DNA of 64,000 nucleotides, from NCBI GenBank assembly GCA_023410575.1, contig JAEYPP010000083.1:149-64148 (forward strand), written 5' to 3'. The translations under genes and the position numbers were made by a program. Positions 18,226 to 31,173 of the stretch are shown one piece after another (positions within the stretch are counted from its first letter, which is position 1; each line of letters starts with the position of its first letter). The notes beneath the pieces were generated by a model. That model made no database searches and was not told where the DNA came from. It worked only from the letters and a program-made list of their open reading frames with translations. The stretch comes from Bacillota bacterium (GTDB lineage: Bacteria > Bacillota > Clostridia > Lachnospirales > Lachnospiraceae).

Positions 18226-18234
18226 ATCCAACTT

Positions 18235-19770
18235 TTATAATTCAATTACCTTCGTAGCAATCTGCTCCCGAAACCTGACATCATGCTCAACGACAATCAT
18301 TGTCGGCTGATAGCGAAGTAACACCTGTTCAATTTGCATCCTCGAGAATACATCAATATAGTTTAATGGTTCATCCCAAATATAAAGATGCGCTGGAGTT
18401 ATTAGACTGGCTGCGATCAAAACTTTCTTCTTCTGCCCCTCGGAGTAATCTTCCATATTTTTTGCAAACTGCGAACGCTCCAAATCCAATTGGCGTAACA
18501 AAGAGCAGAACAAGCTTTCCTCAAGGTTTTGTACTTTACAAAAATCTTTGATTGAACCTCGCAAATAAGAAGTATCCTGATTAATATAAGATACAACCAC
18601 GCCAGAAGCAGCAAAAAGGTTTCCTGTCTCTAAGAGTTTTAGATTCACAAGGTTAGATTTTGGTTGTGCAAGTTTTTGTAATATGACTTTAATGAGACTT
18701 GACTTACCACAGCCATTGGCTCCATTTAAAAATACTCGTTCTCCTTGGTTTAGTTCAAAACTTAAGTTAGAAAATAAAGAAGAATCTGAATCTTCGTATT
18801 GAAGACCGTATTCGTTCAATCTTAGCAAATTCTTCTTATGGAATTCCATTGGCATTAATTTTAGTTCAGCTGGATTTTCAATATCGTGAAGCAATCCTTC
18901 TTTTTCTTTAATCTCTTGCTCAATTCGCATTTCCATCTGTTTTACTCGGCTTTGTAATTTCTTTGTTTTTGCTCCAATATAAGCTCTTGTATCAAGACAT
19001 CGATCATGCTCTTTGATTGGATTAAACCCGATTTTGGTACGTTCATTCTTATCTGCCCATACTTTCGTACGTTTGGAGGCTTCATTTAGCTTCACAATCT
19101 CTTTTCTATGTTTTTCATTTTCACTCATTGAGAATGCATCTTTACGGCTCTTGTTTTCCCACCAACAAGAAAAATTACCTGCTTGCACTTCAATTGTCGT
19201 TCGATTCAGTACTAATACATGGTCAACGCATGCATCAAGAAGATCTCGATCATGGGATACAAGAATAAATCCTTTTTTTGAGGCTAGATATGCTTTTACT
19301 ACTTCTCTCGACTCGCGATCCAGATGGTTCGTAGGTTCATCAATGAGTAAAAAATCATTCTCTCCAGAGAATAAGACTGCTAGCATAACTTTCGTCCGTT
19401 CGCCATAGCTTAATGTTTCATATGGACGATACAAAATTTCAGCATTAACTCCCAATTTATCTAATTCACATATCACTCGCCATTGTTCGCAACCAACTTT
19501 TAATCGATCGATAAATAAAATTGCTGGCTGCTTTTTATCTTCCTCATTGATCTGATATGGAAAATAATCAAATACCGTACTTGTGCTAATATTACCGTTA
19601 TATTCATATTTTCCGAGTAATAAATTCAAAAATGTCGTTTTCCCTTTTCCATTTCGTCCAATAAATCCGAGTTTCCAATCAGTATCAATGGAAAATGATA
19701 CATTTTCAAAAATATTATCTGAACTTCCCTCATAATAAAACGTGAGATTATTTACGTTAATTTGTGCCAT
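18235..19770 (-). CDS. ABC-F ATPase of the Lsa-like antibiotic-resistance (ARE) type
   Basis: 511 aa, two ABC domains and no TM. The N-terminus FSIDTDWKLGFIGRNGKGKTTF closely resembles Lsa(A) as I remember it (ITMDTNWKLGLIGRNGRGKTT). Also IDEPTNHLD, ILVSHDR, a charged ~90-aa inter-domain linker, and second domain YIWDEPLNYIDV/VVEHD as in Lsa. Confidence 0.8.
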   Translation of the reverse strand: MAQINVNNLTFYYEGSSDNIFENVSFSIDTDWKLGFIGRNGKGKTTFLNLLLGKYEYNGNISTSTVFDYFPYQINEEDKKQPAILFIDRLKVGCEQWRVICELDKLGVNAEILYRPYETLSYGERTKVMLAVLFSGENDFLLIDEPTNHLDRESREVVKAYLASKKGFILVSHDRDLLDACVDHVLVLNRTTIEVQAGNFSCWWENKSRKDAFSMSENEKHRKEIVKLNEASKRTKVWADKNERTKIGFNPIKEHDRCLDTRAYIGAKTKKLQSRVKQMEMRIEQEIKEKEGLLHDIENPAELKLMPMEFHKKNLLRLNEYGLQYEDSDSSLFSNLSFELNQGERVFLNGANGCGKSSLIKVILQKLAQPKSNLVNLKLLETGNLFAASGVVVSYINQDTSYLRGSIKDFCKVQNLEESLFCSLLRQLDLERSQFAKNMEDYSEGQKKKVLIAASLITPAHLYIWDEPLNYIDVFSRMQIEQVLLRYQPTMIVVEHDVRFREQIATKVIEL

Positions 19771-19850
19771 ACAAATTTCTCCTTTCCATCACCAAAAGAA
19801 GTTATGCTCGTTAATAATCTCTGTATACTCATGATATGATTTTTTCCACG

Positions 19851-19879
19851 AAAAAAAGAGGTTATGAGAACATAAACCA
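19851..19879 (-). terminator. Candidate attenuator terminator inside the ABC-F leader
   Basis: Minus strand GGTT(T)ATG-TTCT-CATAACC followed by TCTTTTTTT. The stem is short and AT-rich (7 bp with one bulge). An upstream CGTTATG could compete for CATAAC as an anti-terminator. Confidence 0.4.
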
Positions 19880-20074
19880 CTTTTGGCAACATAACGAAGT
19901 GTTTTGCTTGCAAAACACTCGCGCCAAGCGCGGTCGCGTAAGCGACATCTTCCTATCGCGCTTGAGCGTATCCTGCGAATCATTTTTACATCATAATAAT
20001 TCATATGATGTAAAAATATTATTCTGCAATTACAGAACAATACAGTCAATACGTTTTATGCTTTCAAAAGTAGA

Positions 20075-20086
20075 CTATCTTCTCAT
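20075..20086 (-). CDS. Three-codon leader uORF (ATG AGA AGA TAG; Met-Arg-Arg)
   Basis: Preceded by AAGAGGTGA with 5-nt spacing. It sits ~20-30 nt downstream of the predicted TSS. Confidence 0.4.
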   Translation of the reverse strand: MRR

Positions 20087-20115
20087 CTTTTCACCTCTTT
20101 CCTTTTATTAAATAT

Positions 20116-20143
20116 ATTGTACCATAATATTCTTTTTTGTCAA
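20116..20143 (-). promoter_or_regulatory. SigA-type promoter for the ABC-F leader
   Basis: Minus strand TTGACA - 16 nt - TACAAT, with TG one base upstream of the -10 (TGGTACAAT, extended -10). Confidence 0.55.
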
Positions 20144-20156
20144 TTCATAAGAGTAT

Positions 20157-20196
20157 GAACGAAGAGTGATGGTAATATTTCCATCACCCTTCGTTC
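20157..20196. terminator. 16-bp hairpin between the channel gene stop and the ABC-F promoter
   Basis: GAACGAAGAGTGATGG-TAATATTT-CCATCACCCTTCGTTC (one mismatch). The T-tract is on the plus-strand side only. Confidence 0.4.
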
Positions 20197-20315
20197 TTTT
20201 AATAATATTTAGTTACTGCAACAACCACTTTTATGTACATAAACGGTGAAATTACACTAAGATATCTCTTCTCGTTGACAATCAGATAATAATATTTATT
20301 GCTCTTTGTTGAATA

Positions 20316-22193
20316 TTAATTATTATCTTCAGCAATTACAATCAGATAATCATTTTCAGTGAAAGAAACTAGCTCGGATTTTTTTGGATTTGTTACAATT
20401 TCAATTCCATCTTCTGTGTCTTTTTTATAGCCTACTGCAACTTCATTGCGTCTTCTTGCAATCTCTGTAATTGTATAGAAGTCCATTTCGGTATTAAGTT
20501 TCACATAACGAGATGCCTTCTTCATATATACCTCAGAACCATCTGAATCTAAAAGATCTTCAAATAGTAGAGTCAAATCTCTGTTCTCAGATACCTGAGT
20601 AATGATAAGATTAGTGATTGTGCTACCAACTACGAAATCGTTTACATTTGCAACCTTAGCCAACTTCTGATTGCTAACAGAACACATTTCACTTGTGATG
20701 TTAAAATCACGATTCCACTTCTTTTCAATATCTCTAAGCTGTATTAATAATAAAAGTGTCTTTGAGTCGGCGGAATCAATATCGGTCTCTAGATCACTTA
20801 ATAGGAGAATATCTTCGGTTGAATCCTCAATAAGTGCTTCTATGTCAGAACGATTGTAGATGTCACATTGACTTTGTTCTACGATAATATTCTCATATTT
20901 CGAATCCTGCAAAAAGTCCTCTGGAAAATCTGTATTCGCTACGATTATTTTTGTTCCTTGTACTACATAGTGATCAAACTCCTCTAAAATATTAGGAAGA
21001 AGGCGATTATAGCCTAGAATGAGAAGTTGTTTATTCTCTTCTTCAGGTCCATGGTTATTAGGAGTCATTGGAGATAAATCAATCTTTGGAACTTGATTCA
21101 TAGGCTTTGAGGTATCATCGTCCTCTGCTAGATGTATTACCATGTCTGTAGCGTCTAATAATGTATCCATCGGAGGATTTAGCATTACTTTATCGCCCTG
21201 TTTCAAACCTACAACAATAGACTTCTCAAATAAATTCAATATGTCTCCAAACGTCTTTCCAGCAAGTTCTGGAAAGTTTTCGAAATAGAATTCATCTCCA
21301 TCATAGTCAAAGAACTCAGTAAGAACAAGAGAAAGACCTGGTTGTCTACAAGTATGAGCCATAATTCTGGATACCGTGTCCTCAAAGAATAATACTTCAG
21401 CCTTTCCTTCTCCTGCAATTTTAGCTGCATCTAAGTTGGCTTTGTTATGTATCATAGAAGTAATATGCATGTCATTGTCAAATGCATTTTTACTCTTTAA
21501 ATAGTTAACAGATGCAAGGATAATCTTAAGTACAGAAAAATCATCATCTTGGTTAATGATGACCGATTTACAATTTTCTATAGCGGCTCTTTCTAGTAGA
21601 AAGGATTCGGTTAATTTGCCTGATTTGCAGATAACTCTAGTAGTCTTAAAGTCTTCTATATGGCCTTTTATGCTTTCTTCCATTACTTCCTTTTCTTCTT
21701 CGCCTAAAACAACAATACAATTTTTTTTCTTGTTTTCTCCTGCTATGATCAACTCAGATAAAATCGAATAAATGCTATCATTAAATCCAATAACTACCGT
21801 ATGTCCTGTCTCAATTACTTTTGATGTTCCTTTTCTTAAATCATTCAATTTTTGCTCAAAACCAGTGCTAATAATACCAATTAAGATACTAGTGATAAAA
21901 ATACCACAGACAGTAACAACTGCCATTAAGACTACATACCAAACATTCGAAGTATCGTCTCCCGCTAAGGTTCCTGCATCAATTGCATGCATCAAGCTTT
22001 GCCATATTGAATTACCTGTTGATAGTTCCATGTTAGCTACAGTGCCAAGAATACCTGCAATTACTACTACAATCGCAGTAATTAAAAATAGCATTTCAAC
22101 AAGAGCAATGGTACCTCTAGACATAAGGTTATCAAATCGATAACGTAATTTGTCCTTAAAACTTGGCCCATTTTTTTTGGTGTTTTTCTTCAT
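20316..22193 (-). CDS. CASTOR/POLLUX-like ion channel protein with tandem RCK/TrkA-type domains
   Basis: N-terminal TM pair flanking a pore-like segment (HAIDAGTLAGDD), then VVIGFNDSIYSIL (Rossmann-like RCK) and a second LLILGYNRLLPNI. Start moved to ATG 22193 (MKKNTKKNG) behind AAGGAG with 7-nt spacing. Confidence 0.65.
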   Translation of the reverse strand: MKKNTKKNGPSFKDKLRYRFDNLMSRGTIALVEMLFLITAIVVVIAGILGTVANMELSTGNSIWQSLMHAIDAGTLAGDDTSNVWYVVLMAVVTVCGIFITSILIGIISTGFEQKLNDLRKGTSKVIETGHTVVIGFNDSIYSILSELIIAGENKKKNCIVVLGEEEKEVMEESIKGHIEDFKTTRVICKSGKLTESFLLERAAIENCKSVIINQDDDFSVLKIILASVNYLKSKNAFDNDMHITSMIHNKANLDAAKIAGEGKAEVLFFEDTVSRIMAHTCRQPGLSLVLTEFFDYDGDEFYFENFPELAGKTFGDILNLFEKSIVVGLKQGDKVMLNPPMDTLLDATDMVIHLAEDDDTSKPMNQVPKIDLSPMTPNNHGPEEENKQLLILGYNRLLPNILEEFDHYVVQGTKIIVANTDFPEDFLQDSKYENIIVEQSQCDIYNRSDIEALIEDSTEDILLLSDLETDIDSADSKTLLLLIQLRDIEKKWNRDFNITSEMCSVSNQKLAKVANVNDFVVGSTITNLIITQVSENRDLTLLFEDLLDSDGSEVYMKKASRYVKLNTEMDFYTITEIARRRNEVAVGYKKDTEDGIEIVTNPKKSELVSFTENDYLIVIAEDNN

Positions 22194-22318
22194 TTTTCTT
22201 CTCCTTTTTACTTTTTCCAACATATATTTACTATTATACTATAAAACTGGAAAAAAATAAACATTAGATTTACAAATAATGTAGAATATTCATGCAGTCC
22301 CCCTTAACTTTTGGTTTC

Positions 22319-22397
22319 AAAAAGAAAGAGCTGTATCTTATATTTTCGGAGTAACAATGTAATACAGCGAAAATATAAAATACAACTCTTTCTTTTT
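22319..22397. repeat. Long inverted repeat (30-bp arms, 2 mismatches, 19-nt loop) downstream of the V-ATPase operon; probable bidirectional terminator
   Basis: aaaaagaaagagctgtatcttatattttcg ... cgaaaatataaaatacaactctttcttttt, read directly. Confidence 0.6.
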
Positions 22398-22439
22398 CAT
22401 AGCCTGAGGCTGTCGTTGAGTAACAGTACCTTCAAACTT

Positions 22440-23111
22440 TTATGAAATTGCCTCTTCTTTCTCCTTGTAATGATGCGTCTTTTCTAACATCATATCCTTC
22501 ACCTTCATTAATCGAATCTGAGTAGAACGCTCATTCTCATCGAGTTTCATTACAATGTATTTGATTTTTTCTTCCATGTCAGGAATCATAACATGTTCTA
22601 GTGCATTTACACGGCGACGTGTACTTTCAATTTCCGCTGCCATCAACTGACAAGCTTTTTCTACTTCTGCCAATCGTAGCATATCCGGTAATATGTCTGC
22701 TAAGGATTTAATCGAATCATCTAAATCACTGGATGTATACGCTAAGCCGTAACAGTAAATATCGTTGGGATCTGCTGTACGTGTCGTCACACTATAGACA
22801 GGAATATCGACACTCATAATATTTTTGGAAGAGACCTCTAGATTAACTCCTTGGCGTGGGGCCATTAATGCTACATTTAACACTTCCTCTTCCATTCCAG
22901 CACGAGCTAGAACCAGACGCTGATTGGCACCAGCGATGGCAAGTTCCACTTCTTTACGCAAGGCACGACATTCACGTATGAGCATAAGAAACTGTCTCAT
23001 TAATTCATCTCGTTTATCCTTTAAAAGTTTATGACCTCTCCTAGCGGTAGTAAGTTTCTTCTTAAGCCTGGTCAGTTCCATTCTGGTAGGATTTACTTGT
23101 GTTTTAGCCAT
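22440..23111 (-). CDS. ntpD: V-type ATPase subunit D
   Basis: 223 aa. VNPTRMELTRLKKKL N-terminus and coiled-coil character typical of V/A-ATPase D. Position after B. Confidence 0.9.
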   Translation of the reverse strand: MAKTQVNPTRMELTRLKKKLTTARRGHKLLKDKRDELMRQFLMLIRECRALRKEVELAIAGANQRLVLARAGMEEEVLNVALMAPRQGVNLEVSSKNIMSVDIPVYSVTTRTADPNDIYCYGLAYTSSDLDDSIKSLADILPDMLRLAEVEKACQLMAAEIESTRRRVNALEHVMIPDMEEKIKYIVMKLDENERSTQIRLMKVKDMMLEKTHHYKEKEEAIS

Positions 23112-23139
23112 ATCAACTTAAGCCTCCTTTCCTACCCAT

Positions 23140-24516
23140 TTATTTTGCTGGATGATAATATTGATCCAAAAATTCATCCTTAATACGTTTTAATTCTGTA
23201 CGTGGTAAGATACCAAGAAGTTCCCATCCGAGTTCTAAGGTTTCCTCAATATTACGGTTTTGTTCAAAGCCTTGGGATACATACTCTTTTTCGAAGCGCT
23301 CCGCGAATTCAGCATACAGCTTATCCATGTCTGTCAAAGCCGCCTCACCTAATACAACCATGAGTTCCTTTGCTTCTTTTCCACGAGCATATGCAGCAAA
23401 TAACTGATTCATCGTATTCGCATGGTCAGCACGAGTCTTACCCTCACCAATACCCTTGTCCTTTAGACGAGACAAACTAGGTAGTACGTCGATTGGAGGC
23501 ATAACAGCTTGACGGTATAACTCACGACTTAAGATAATCTGTCCTTCTGTAATATATCCGGTAAGGTCTGGAATTGGATGTGTCTTGTCATCCTCAGGCA
23601 TTGTAAGAATCGGAATCATTGTAATACTTCCTTTTTTACCTTTTTTACGACCGGCACGTTCATATAAAGAAGCAAGGTCAGTATACATATAACCTGGATA
23701 ACCACGACGTCCTGGAACTTCTTTACGAGCCGCAGATACCTCACGAAGAGAATCGGCATAGTTCGTAATATCCGTCATTATAACAAGAACGTGCATATCC
23801 TTTTCAAATGCTAAATATTCCGCTGCAGTTAATGCCATACGTGGAGTTGCAATACGTTCTACTGCAGGGTCATTCGCTAGATTGATAAACATAACCGAAC
23901 GGTCAATGGCACCAGTCTCTTTAAAACTTTCGATAAAGAAATTGGCCTCCTCAAATGTAATACCCATCGCTGCAAAAACTACCGCAAACGGTTCGTTCGT
24001 TCCACGTACTTTTGCTTGACGTGCAATCTGTGCAGCTAATTCTGCATGTGGCAAACCACTTGCTGAAAAGATTGGAAGCTTTTGTCCACGTACAAGTGTA
24101 TTCAAACCATCAATAGCAGAAACACCTGTTTGAATAAATTCTTGTGGATAAGTTCTTGCTGCTGGATTCATTGGTAAACCGTTGATATCCAATCTGTCTT
24201 CTGGAAGGATTTCTGGGCCATCATCGATTGGACGACCAAGGCCATCGAATACACGGCTAAGCATATCAAGGGATACACCAAGTTCCATTGTTCTTCCAAG
24301 AAAACGTACTTTACTTTCTGCAAGATTGATACCAGTTGTATTTTCAAACAACTGAACCAATGCATTGCCACCATCAATCTCTAGTACCTTACAACGACGT
24401 TTTTCGCCATTCGATAACTCGATCTCACCTAATTCATTGTAGCAAACATGTTCTACACCTTTAACAAGCATAAGAGGACCGGCTACTTCTTGTATTGTTC
24501 TATATTCTTTTGGCAT
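23140..24516 (-). CDS. ntpB: V-type ATPase subunit B
   Basis: 458 aa. Non-catalytic subunit motifs ([21 protein letters not shown]). Confidence 0.95.
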   Translation of the reverse strand: MPKEYRTIQEVAGPLMLVKGVEHVCYNELGEIELSNGEKRRCKVLEIDGGNALVQLFENTTGINLAESKVRFLGRTMELGVSLDMLSRVFDGLGRPIDDGPEILPEDRLDINGLPMNPAARTYPQEFIQTGVSAIDGLNTLVRGQKLPIFSASGLPHAELAAQIARQAKVRGTNEPFAVVFAAMGITFEEANFFIESFKETGAIDRSVMFINLANDPAVERIATPRMALTAAEYLAFEKDMHVLVIMTDITNYADSLREVSAARKEVPGRRGYPGYMYTDLASLYERAGRKKGKKGSITMIPILTMPEDDKTHPIPDLTGYITEGQIILSRELYRQAVMPPIDVLPSLSRLKDKGIGEGKTRADHANTMNQLFAAYARGKEAKELMVVLGEAALTDMDKLYAEFAERFEKEYVSQGFEQNRNIEETLELGWELLGILPRTELKRIKDEFLDQYYHPAK

Positions 24517-24518
24517 AA

Positions 24519-26294
24519 TCAGTCCTCTCCTCCCTTACATTCATTTAATTCTCTTGAAAGCTCGGCTACGATATTATCATATTCTTCATCAAGTTTGTCC
24601 TCGGTCGTATATTTATAACGACCAATCTTTTCACGAACTGGTAAGGATGAAATCTCATCGATTGAGATTCCTGCCTTTAATCCTTCTAAGGATAAATCAT
24701 AGAATTTTAAAACAAGGTTCATCATATGATATTGCTTCGCTAGAGAAGAATAAGTATCTACCTCATGGAATGCATCCTGGTGTAAAAAGTCTTCACGAAT
24801 GGATCTTGCAGCCTCTAATTTCAGACGGTCTGGTGCAGATAATGCATCCATTCCGACTAACTGTACAATTTCTTGTAAACCTGCTTCATCACTCAAAAGT
24901 GCCATAATTCGGCTTCTGCTACCATTCCAGTCGCCACCTGCAGCCTGATTGAACCATTTATACATATTATTTACGTATAAAGAATAGCTAGTTAACCAAT
25001 TGATTGCTGGGAAATGACGTTTATATGCAAGATTGGAATCCAATCCCCAGAATACTTTAACAATTCGAAGGGTTGCCTGAGATACTGGTTCGGAGATATC
25101 ACCACCTGGAGGAGATACCGCTCCAATAACCGACAATGCGCCTTCTCTACCTTCAGTACCTAATGAAATAACGCGACCAGCACGCTCATAAAACTGAGCA
25201 AGACGGCTTCCAAGATATGCAGGATAACCTTCTTCACCTGGCATCTCTTCAAGACGACCACTCATCTCACGTAATGCCTCTGCCCATCTAGAAGTAGAAT
25301 CTGCCATTAAAGCAACGGAAAATCCCATATCTCTAAAATACTCTGCAATTGTAATACCAACATAGATGGATGCTTCTCGTGCGGCAACTGGCATATCCGA
25401 TGTATTGGCGATTAATACCGTACGTTCCATGAGGGAATGTCCAGTTTTAGGATCTTTTAGCTCTGGAAATTCATTTAATACGTCGGTCATCTCGTTTCCA
25501 CGTTCTCCACAACCTATGTAAACAACAATATCTGCTTCCGCCCATTTTGCTAACTGATGCTGTACTACTGTTTTACCACTTCCGAAAGGTCCTGGAACTG
25601 CAGCAGTTCCACCTTTTGCAATTGGAAACAGTGCATCAATAACTCTTTGTCCAGTAATCAAAGGCATATCTGGTGGCAATTTCTTTTGATATGGACGTTG
25701 CTTACGAACCGGCCACTTTTGCATCATACTAATTTCTTCTGTCTTACCATCCTCTTTTAAAAGAGTAGCTACTGCTTCTAAAATCGTAAAATCTCCTTCG
25801 TTGATTGAAGTGATCTCACCTTTCATTCCGTTTGGAATCATAATCTTTTGAACTACAATATCTGTTTCCTGAACGGTACCTATGATATCCCCACCTATGA
25901 CTTTTGTTCCAGCTGTCACAGTCGGTTTAAAATGCCATTTTTTATTGCGGTCCAAAGCTGGAATCTCCACTCCACGCGTTAGATTACTTCCGGTCTGTTC
26001 CATAATCTCTACGAGAGGTCTTTGAATCCCATCAAAAATACTTCCAATTAGTCCAGGTCCAAGTTCTACTGACAATGGTGCTCCAGTTGATTCTACTGGT
26101 TCTCCTGGTCCAAGGCCTGATGTTTCCTCGTACACCTGTACGGAGGCTTGGTCTCCATGTATTTCGATAATCTCCCCGATTAGTCTTTGCTGACTAACAC
26201 GGACAACATCGAACATGTTTGCATTGCGCATTCCATCAGCGATAACTAATGGCCCGGCAACCTTTTTTATTGTTCCTGTATTCAATCTATTCAC
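24519..26294 (-). CDS. ntpA: V-type ATPase catalytic subunit A
   Basis: 591 aa. Walker [20 protein letters not shown], non-homologous-region insert typical of A subunits. Confidence 0.95.
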   Translation of the reverse strand: MNRLNTGTIKKVAGPLVIADGMRNANMFDVVRVSQQRLIGEIIEIHGDQASVQVYEETSGLGPGEPVESTGAPLSVELGPGLIGSIFDGIQRPLVEIMEQTGSNLTRGVEIPALDRNKKWHFKPTVTAGTKVIGGDIIGTVQETDIVVQKIMIPNGMKGEITSINEGDFTILEAVATLLKEDGKTEEISMMQKWPVRKQRPYQKKLPPDMPLITGQRVIDALFPIAKGGTAAVPGPFGSGKTVVQHQLAKWAEADIVVYIGCGERGNEMTDVLNEFPELKDPKTGHSLMERTVLIANTSDMPVAAREASIYVGITIAEYFRDMGFSVALMADSTSRWAEALREMSGRLEEMPGEEGYPAYLGSRLAQFYERAGRVISLGTEGREGALSVIGAVSPPGGDISEPVSQATLRIVKVFWGLDSNLAYKRHFPAINWLTSYSLYVNNMYKWFNQAAGGDWNGSRSRIMALLSDEAGLQEIVQLVGMDALSAPDRLKLEAARSIREDFLHQDAFHEVDTYSSLAKQYHMMNLVLKFYDLSLEGLKAGISIDEISSLPVREKIGRYKYTTEDKLDEEYDNIVAELSRELNECKGGED

Positions 26295-26388
26295 CTGCTT
26301 CTTCTATAGTTTTTATACAAGTAAAATTTACCTTGATAGAAATAAAGACATTTATTGTAATCCTAATGGGACAAAACATATTACAATA

Positions 26389-26712
26389 TTACTTGTCTTG
26401 AATAATATCCGAACCAACTGCCTGTTCTACCATTTTCTTTAATTCTGCCATTCCTGCACCCGTATTCCCTGAAGTGCCAGGAATTGGGATAATTGCAGGG
26501 ATCATGAGCTTTTTGTAGCGATTAATCTCATCTTTTAATGCTTCCTGCAGTTCTTCTGTAACATAAATTACGGCATAACTTCCATCGGCCAGTTTTCTTA
26601 ACAAATGGGCTGACTCTTCTATCTTTAGCGAGTCCGTAGGAAAGGTTTCAAGCCCAAGTGCTGCCAGAGCATATATGCTGTCCCGATTTCCTAATACAGC
26701 TACTCTATACAT
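26389..26712 (-). CDS. V-type ATPase subunit F
   Basis: 107 aa. Size, the VAVLGNRDS...GLE start and the position between C and A match subunit F (E. hirae NtpG position). Confidence 0.8.
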   Translation of the reverse strand: MYRVAVLGNRDSIYALAALGLETFPTDSLKIEESAHLLRKLADGSYAVIYVTEELQEALKDEINRYKKLMIPAIIPIPGTSGNTGAGMAELKKMVEQAVGSDIIQDK

Positions 26713-27670
26713 ACATCTCCCTCAGTCTTTCCCGAATGGATTCTTCGGACATATGATTTATCTTACCTGATAGAAGAATCCGTACGCATTTGATTTCATT
26801 TTCTCGTGCCAATATGTATGCTGCCAAAGGCTCAATCGTAAATGGATTGTATTTCTGTGGCTTAATAAACCGAATTAATCGATCATCACACCACTTTTCG
26901 AATGCGGAAGGTGAGGTCTGAATTGCCTCAATAGCATCTGCATACGCGGTTGTCTTAAGATATTCATAGATTGCATCCATCCCTTGAAGCACTGCACTAG
27001 AAAGTTGATGAGTATCAATCGAATCACAAGATACGAAAGCCTTTTCTAAAAACTGTAACGATTTTTTCATCTTACAGCTTCGAAGAGCAATATTTATATT
27101 AGCTACTGCTACTTTTAATTCCACATATCCCGCAAATAGATCACTTTTTAGACTTTTTCCTGCAGCATAAGTTTTCTCCAGTGAAGCCTTATCTAGGATT
27201 ACGTCACATAACTGACTGTCGCCACCTTTTAGCAAAGCATCGTAAGCCTCCTGACCACAAGTTTGCATATCGACTGGAAGCGTTGAAAAGTCATGGGCTT
27301 TTACTGCCTCTAAGATTTTACTCCAAGGTAATGTTCCATTATCTTTGTATATATGAGGAATCTCGTTATGTGTACATACCTGCTTGATTGCAGCCTTTAA
27401 GTTATGAAAATCATTTTCATACAGGAAAACATGAAAGACAGATTGATTCTCCACCAGTTCTTTCATAAGCGCCCAAGTTTTTTCTCGCTCTGCTATTAGG
27501 ATTTCTTCTGCAACTTTTCCTTCACAATCCCAGCCGCAGTCTGATAAGATTCTAACGCAATCCTCATATTTCTTACAGGACAATAACTGTTCCATGCATT
27601 TGAAATCTAGCAGGGTCATTTCTTTTGAGCGAATTCGCGCGACAGCGTAAATGTACTGATTTTCTGCCAT
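26705..27670 (-). CDS. ntpC: V-type ATPase subunit C (eukaryotic d-like)
   Basis: The YIYAVARIRSKE start is typical. Start moved to ATG 27670 (MAENQY) behind GGAG with 7-nt spacing. 8-nt overlap with subunit F. Confidence 0.85.
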   Translation of the reverse strand: MAENQYIYAVARIRSKEMTLLDFKCMEQLLSCKKYEDCVRILSDCGWDCEGKVAEEILIAEREKTWALMKELVENQSVFHVFLYENDFHNLKAAIKQVCTHNEIPHIYKDNGTLPWSKILEAVKAHDFSTLPVDMQTCGQEAYDALLKGGDSQLCDVILDKASLEKTYAAGKSLKSDLFAGYVELKVAVANINIALRSCKMKKSLQFLEKAFVSCDSIDTHQLSSAVLQGMDAIYEYLKTTAYADAIEAIQTSPSAFEKWCDDRLIRFIKPQKYNPFTIEPLAAYILARENEIKCVRILLSGKINHMSEESIRERLREMYV

Positions 27671-27744
27671 CTTGGTTCTCCATTCCCGCACTATTATGTA
27701 ATCAAGCTATCACCTGTCTGTGCGTTAACAGGTCAACGCCTATT

Positions 27745-28317
27745 CTAAAAAATTAATCTAACAATTTGATCTTGAAGGTTATCTCGGTTTGCTGATAATA
27801 GCGCTTCAAAGGAACAATTCTGCTCTATATCTCCATAACTTAATAAGAAACCACCATTTAGTTTGGCTGACTCTTTCGATATAGTAATCTGTCGTTTTTT
27901 TAGTTCATCCATAAAAAATTCTGGTATACGATCTAAGTCTTGTTGAGACAAGTGAATCGTTCCATTCTCTTCTAATGCATAACGATCAACCATACGTAAC
28001 AACAACTCGAAGTATTCCTTTCGTGGTAGCTGTTGCATCGTATTGATGGCTTCATCAAATATTTGTTGTATGATCTGCTGTTTTGCCTCAAGTAACATTT
28101 TTCTTTCTTGTAGACTTGCAGCTGACTCACCACGTATTAGTACCTGTTTCACTTGTTCATCTGCTTGTTCCATTGCCGCTATGTAAGCAGATTCTAATCT
28201 AATCTTTGCATCGGCTAGAATCTTTTCGGCCTCTATTTTGCTTTGCGCTATTTGTTCATCTGCAGCAGCTTGTGCCTCCTGCATAATTTGTTCAACTATT
28301 TTTTCCAGTCCGGTCAT
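27745..28317 (-). CDS. ntpE: V-type ATPase subunit E
   Basis: 190 aa. Long N-terminal Ala/Gln/Glu-rich helix plus globular C-terminus, at the operon position of E. Confidence 0.85.
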   Translation of the reverse strand: MTGLEKIVEQIMQEAQAAADEQIAQSKIEAEKILADAKIRLESAYIAAMEQADEQVKQVLIRGESAASLQERKMLLEAKQQIIQQIFDEAINTMQQLPRKEYFELLLRMVDRYALEENGTIHLSQQDLDRIPEFFMDELKKRQITISKESAKLNGGFLLSYGDIEQNCSFEALLSANRDNLQDQIVRLIF

Positions 28318-28369
28318 TATTAGTCTCCTAACTGTATCGAATGATTAGACATAAGTGTGTCTATCCTAT

Positions 28370-30848
<2,479 letters not shown>

Positions 30849-30864
30849 ACCTGATTGCCTCCTT

Positions 30865-31173
30865 TCATCCGATTGTGTCAAGAATTAGCTGTATGGCCTC
30901 CTTTTTCTTCTCAGCTGCTTTATTTTTTAGCTGTAAGATTTTTCTTTCTGCCTCTTCTTCTACTTGCTTCATGACCTCCTGATTTTTTATTTTTGCTTCC
31001 TCTTCTGCCTTCTCTTGATAGTCTGCTATCTGTTGCTGTTGCTGTTGCTCCAGAGAAACTACTTCCTGTCTTGCTTGATTCAACAGGGAGAGTTGTTTTT
31101 CTTCGGTCTTTTTTGCTAAACTGGCCGCTTCACTCTCAGCCTTTTTCACAACCGATATTGTATCTTTGACCAT
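30865..31173 (-). CDS. V-type ATPase small peripheral-stalk subunit (G/H-like; E. hirae NtpF position)
   Basis: 102-aa all-helical Glu/Lys/Gln-rich ORF starting MVKDTISVVKKAE behind GAGGAGG. The 168-aa track ORF adds an implausible AT-rich N-terminal extension. Confidence 0.75.
   Translation of the reverse strand: MVKDTISVVKKAESEAASLAKKTEEKQLSLLNQARQEVVSLEQQQQQQIADYQEKAEEEAKIKNQEVMKQVEEEAERKILQLKNKAAEKKKEAIQLILDTIG

Larger units (their letters stand above)
19771..20108 (-). promoter_or_regulatory. ~340-nt structured 5' leader of the ARE ABC-F gene (candidate ribosome-dependent attenuator)
   Basis: In minus-strand order: SD + 3-codon uORF; 13-bp hairpin TTTTTACATCATA/TATGATGTAAAAA (19983-20016); nested GC-rich hairpins CAAGCGCG..(GTCGC-TTAC-GCGAC)..CGCGCTTG; palindromic hairpin GTGTTTTGC/GCAAAACAC (arms nearly abut, so ~8 bp around a 4-nt loop); hairpin + U7. 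Confidence 0.55.

Noticed and set aside
19789-20111. 86-aa (minus) and 91-aa (plus) ORFs covering the ABC-F leader.
   Set aside because: Both run straight through the stacked hairpins and the GC-rich palindromes of the leader and lack an SD. The region is better explained as structured RNA with the 3-codon uORF.
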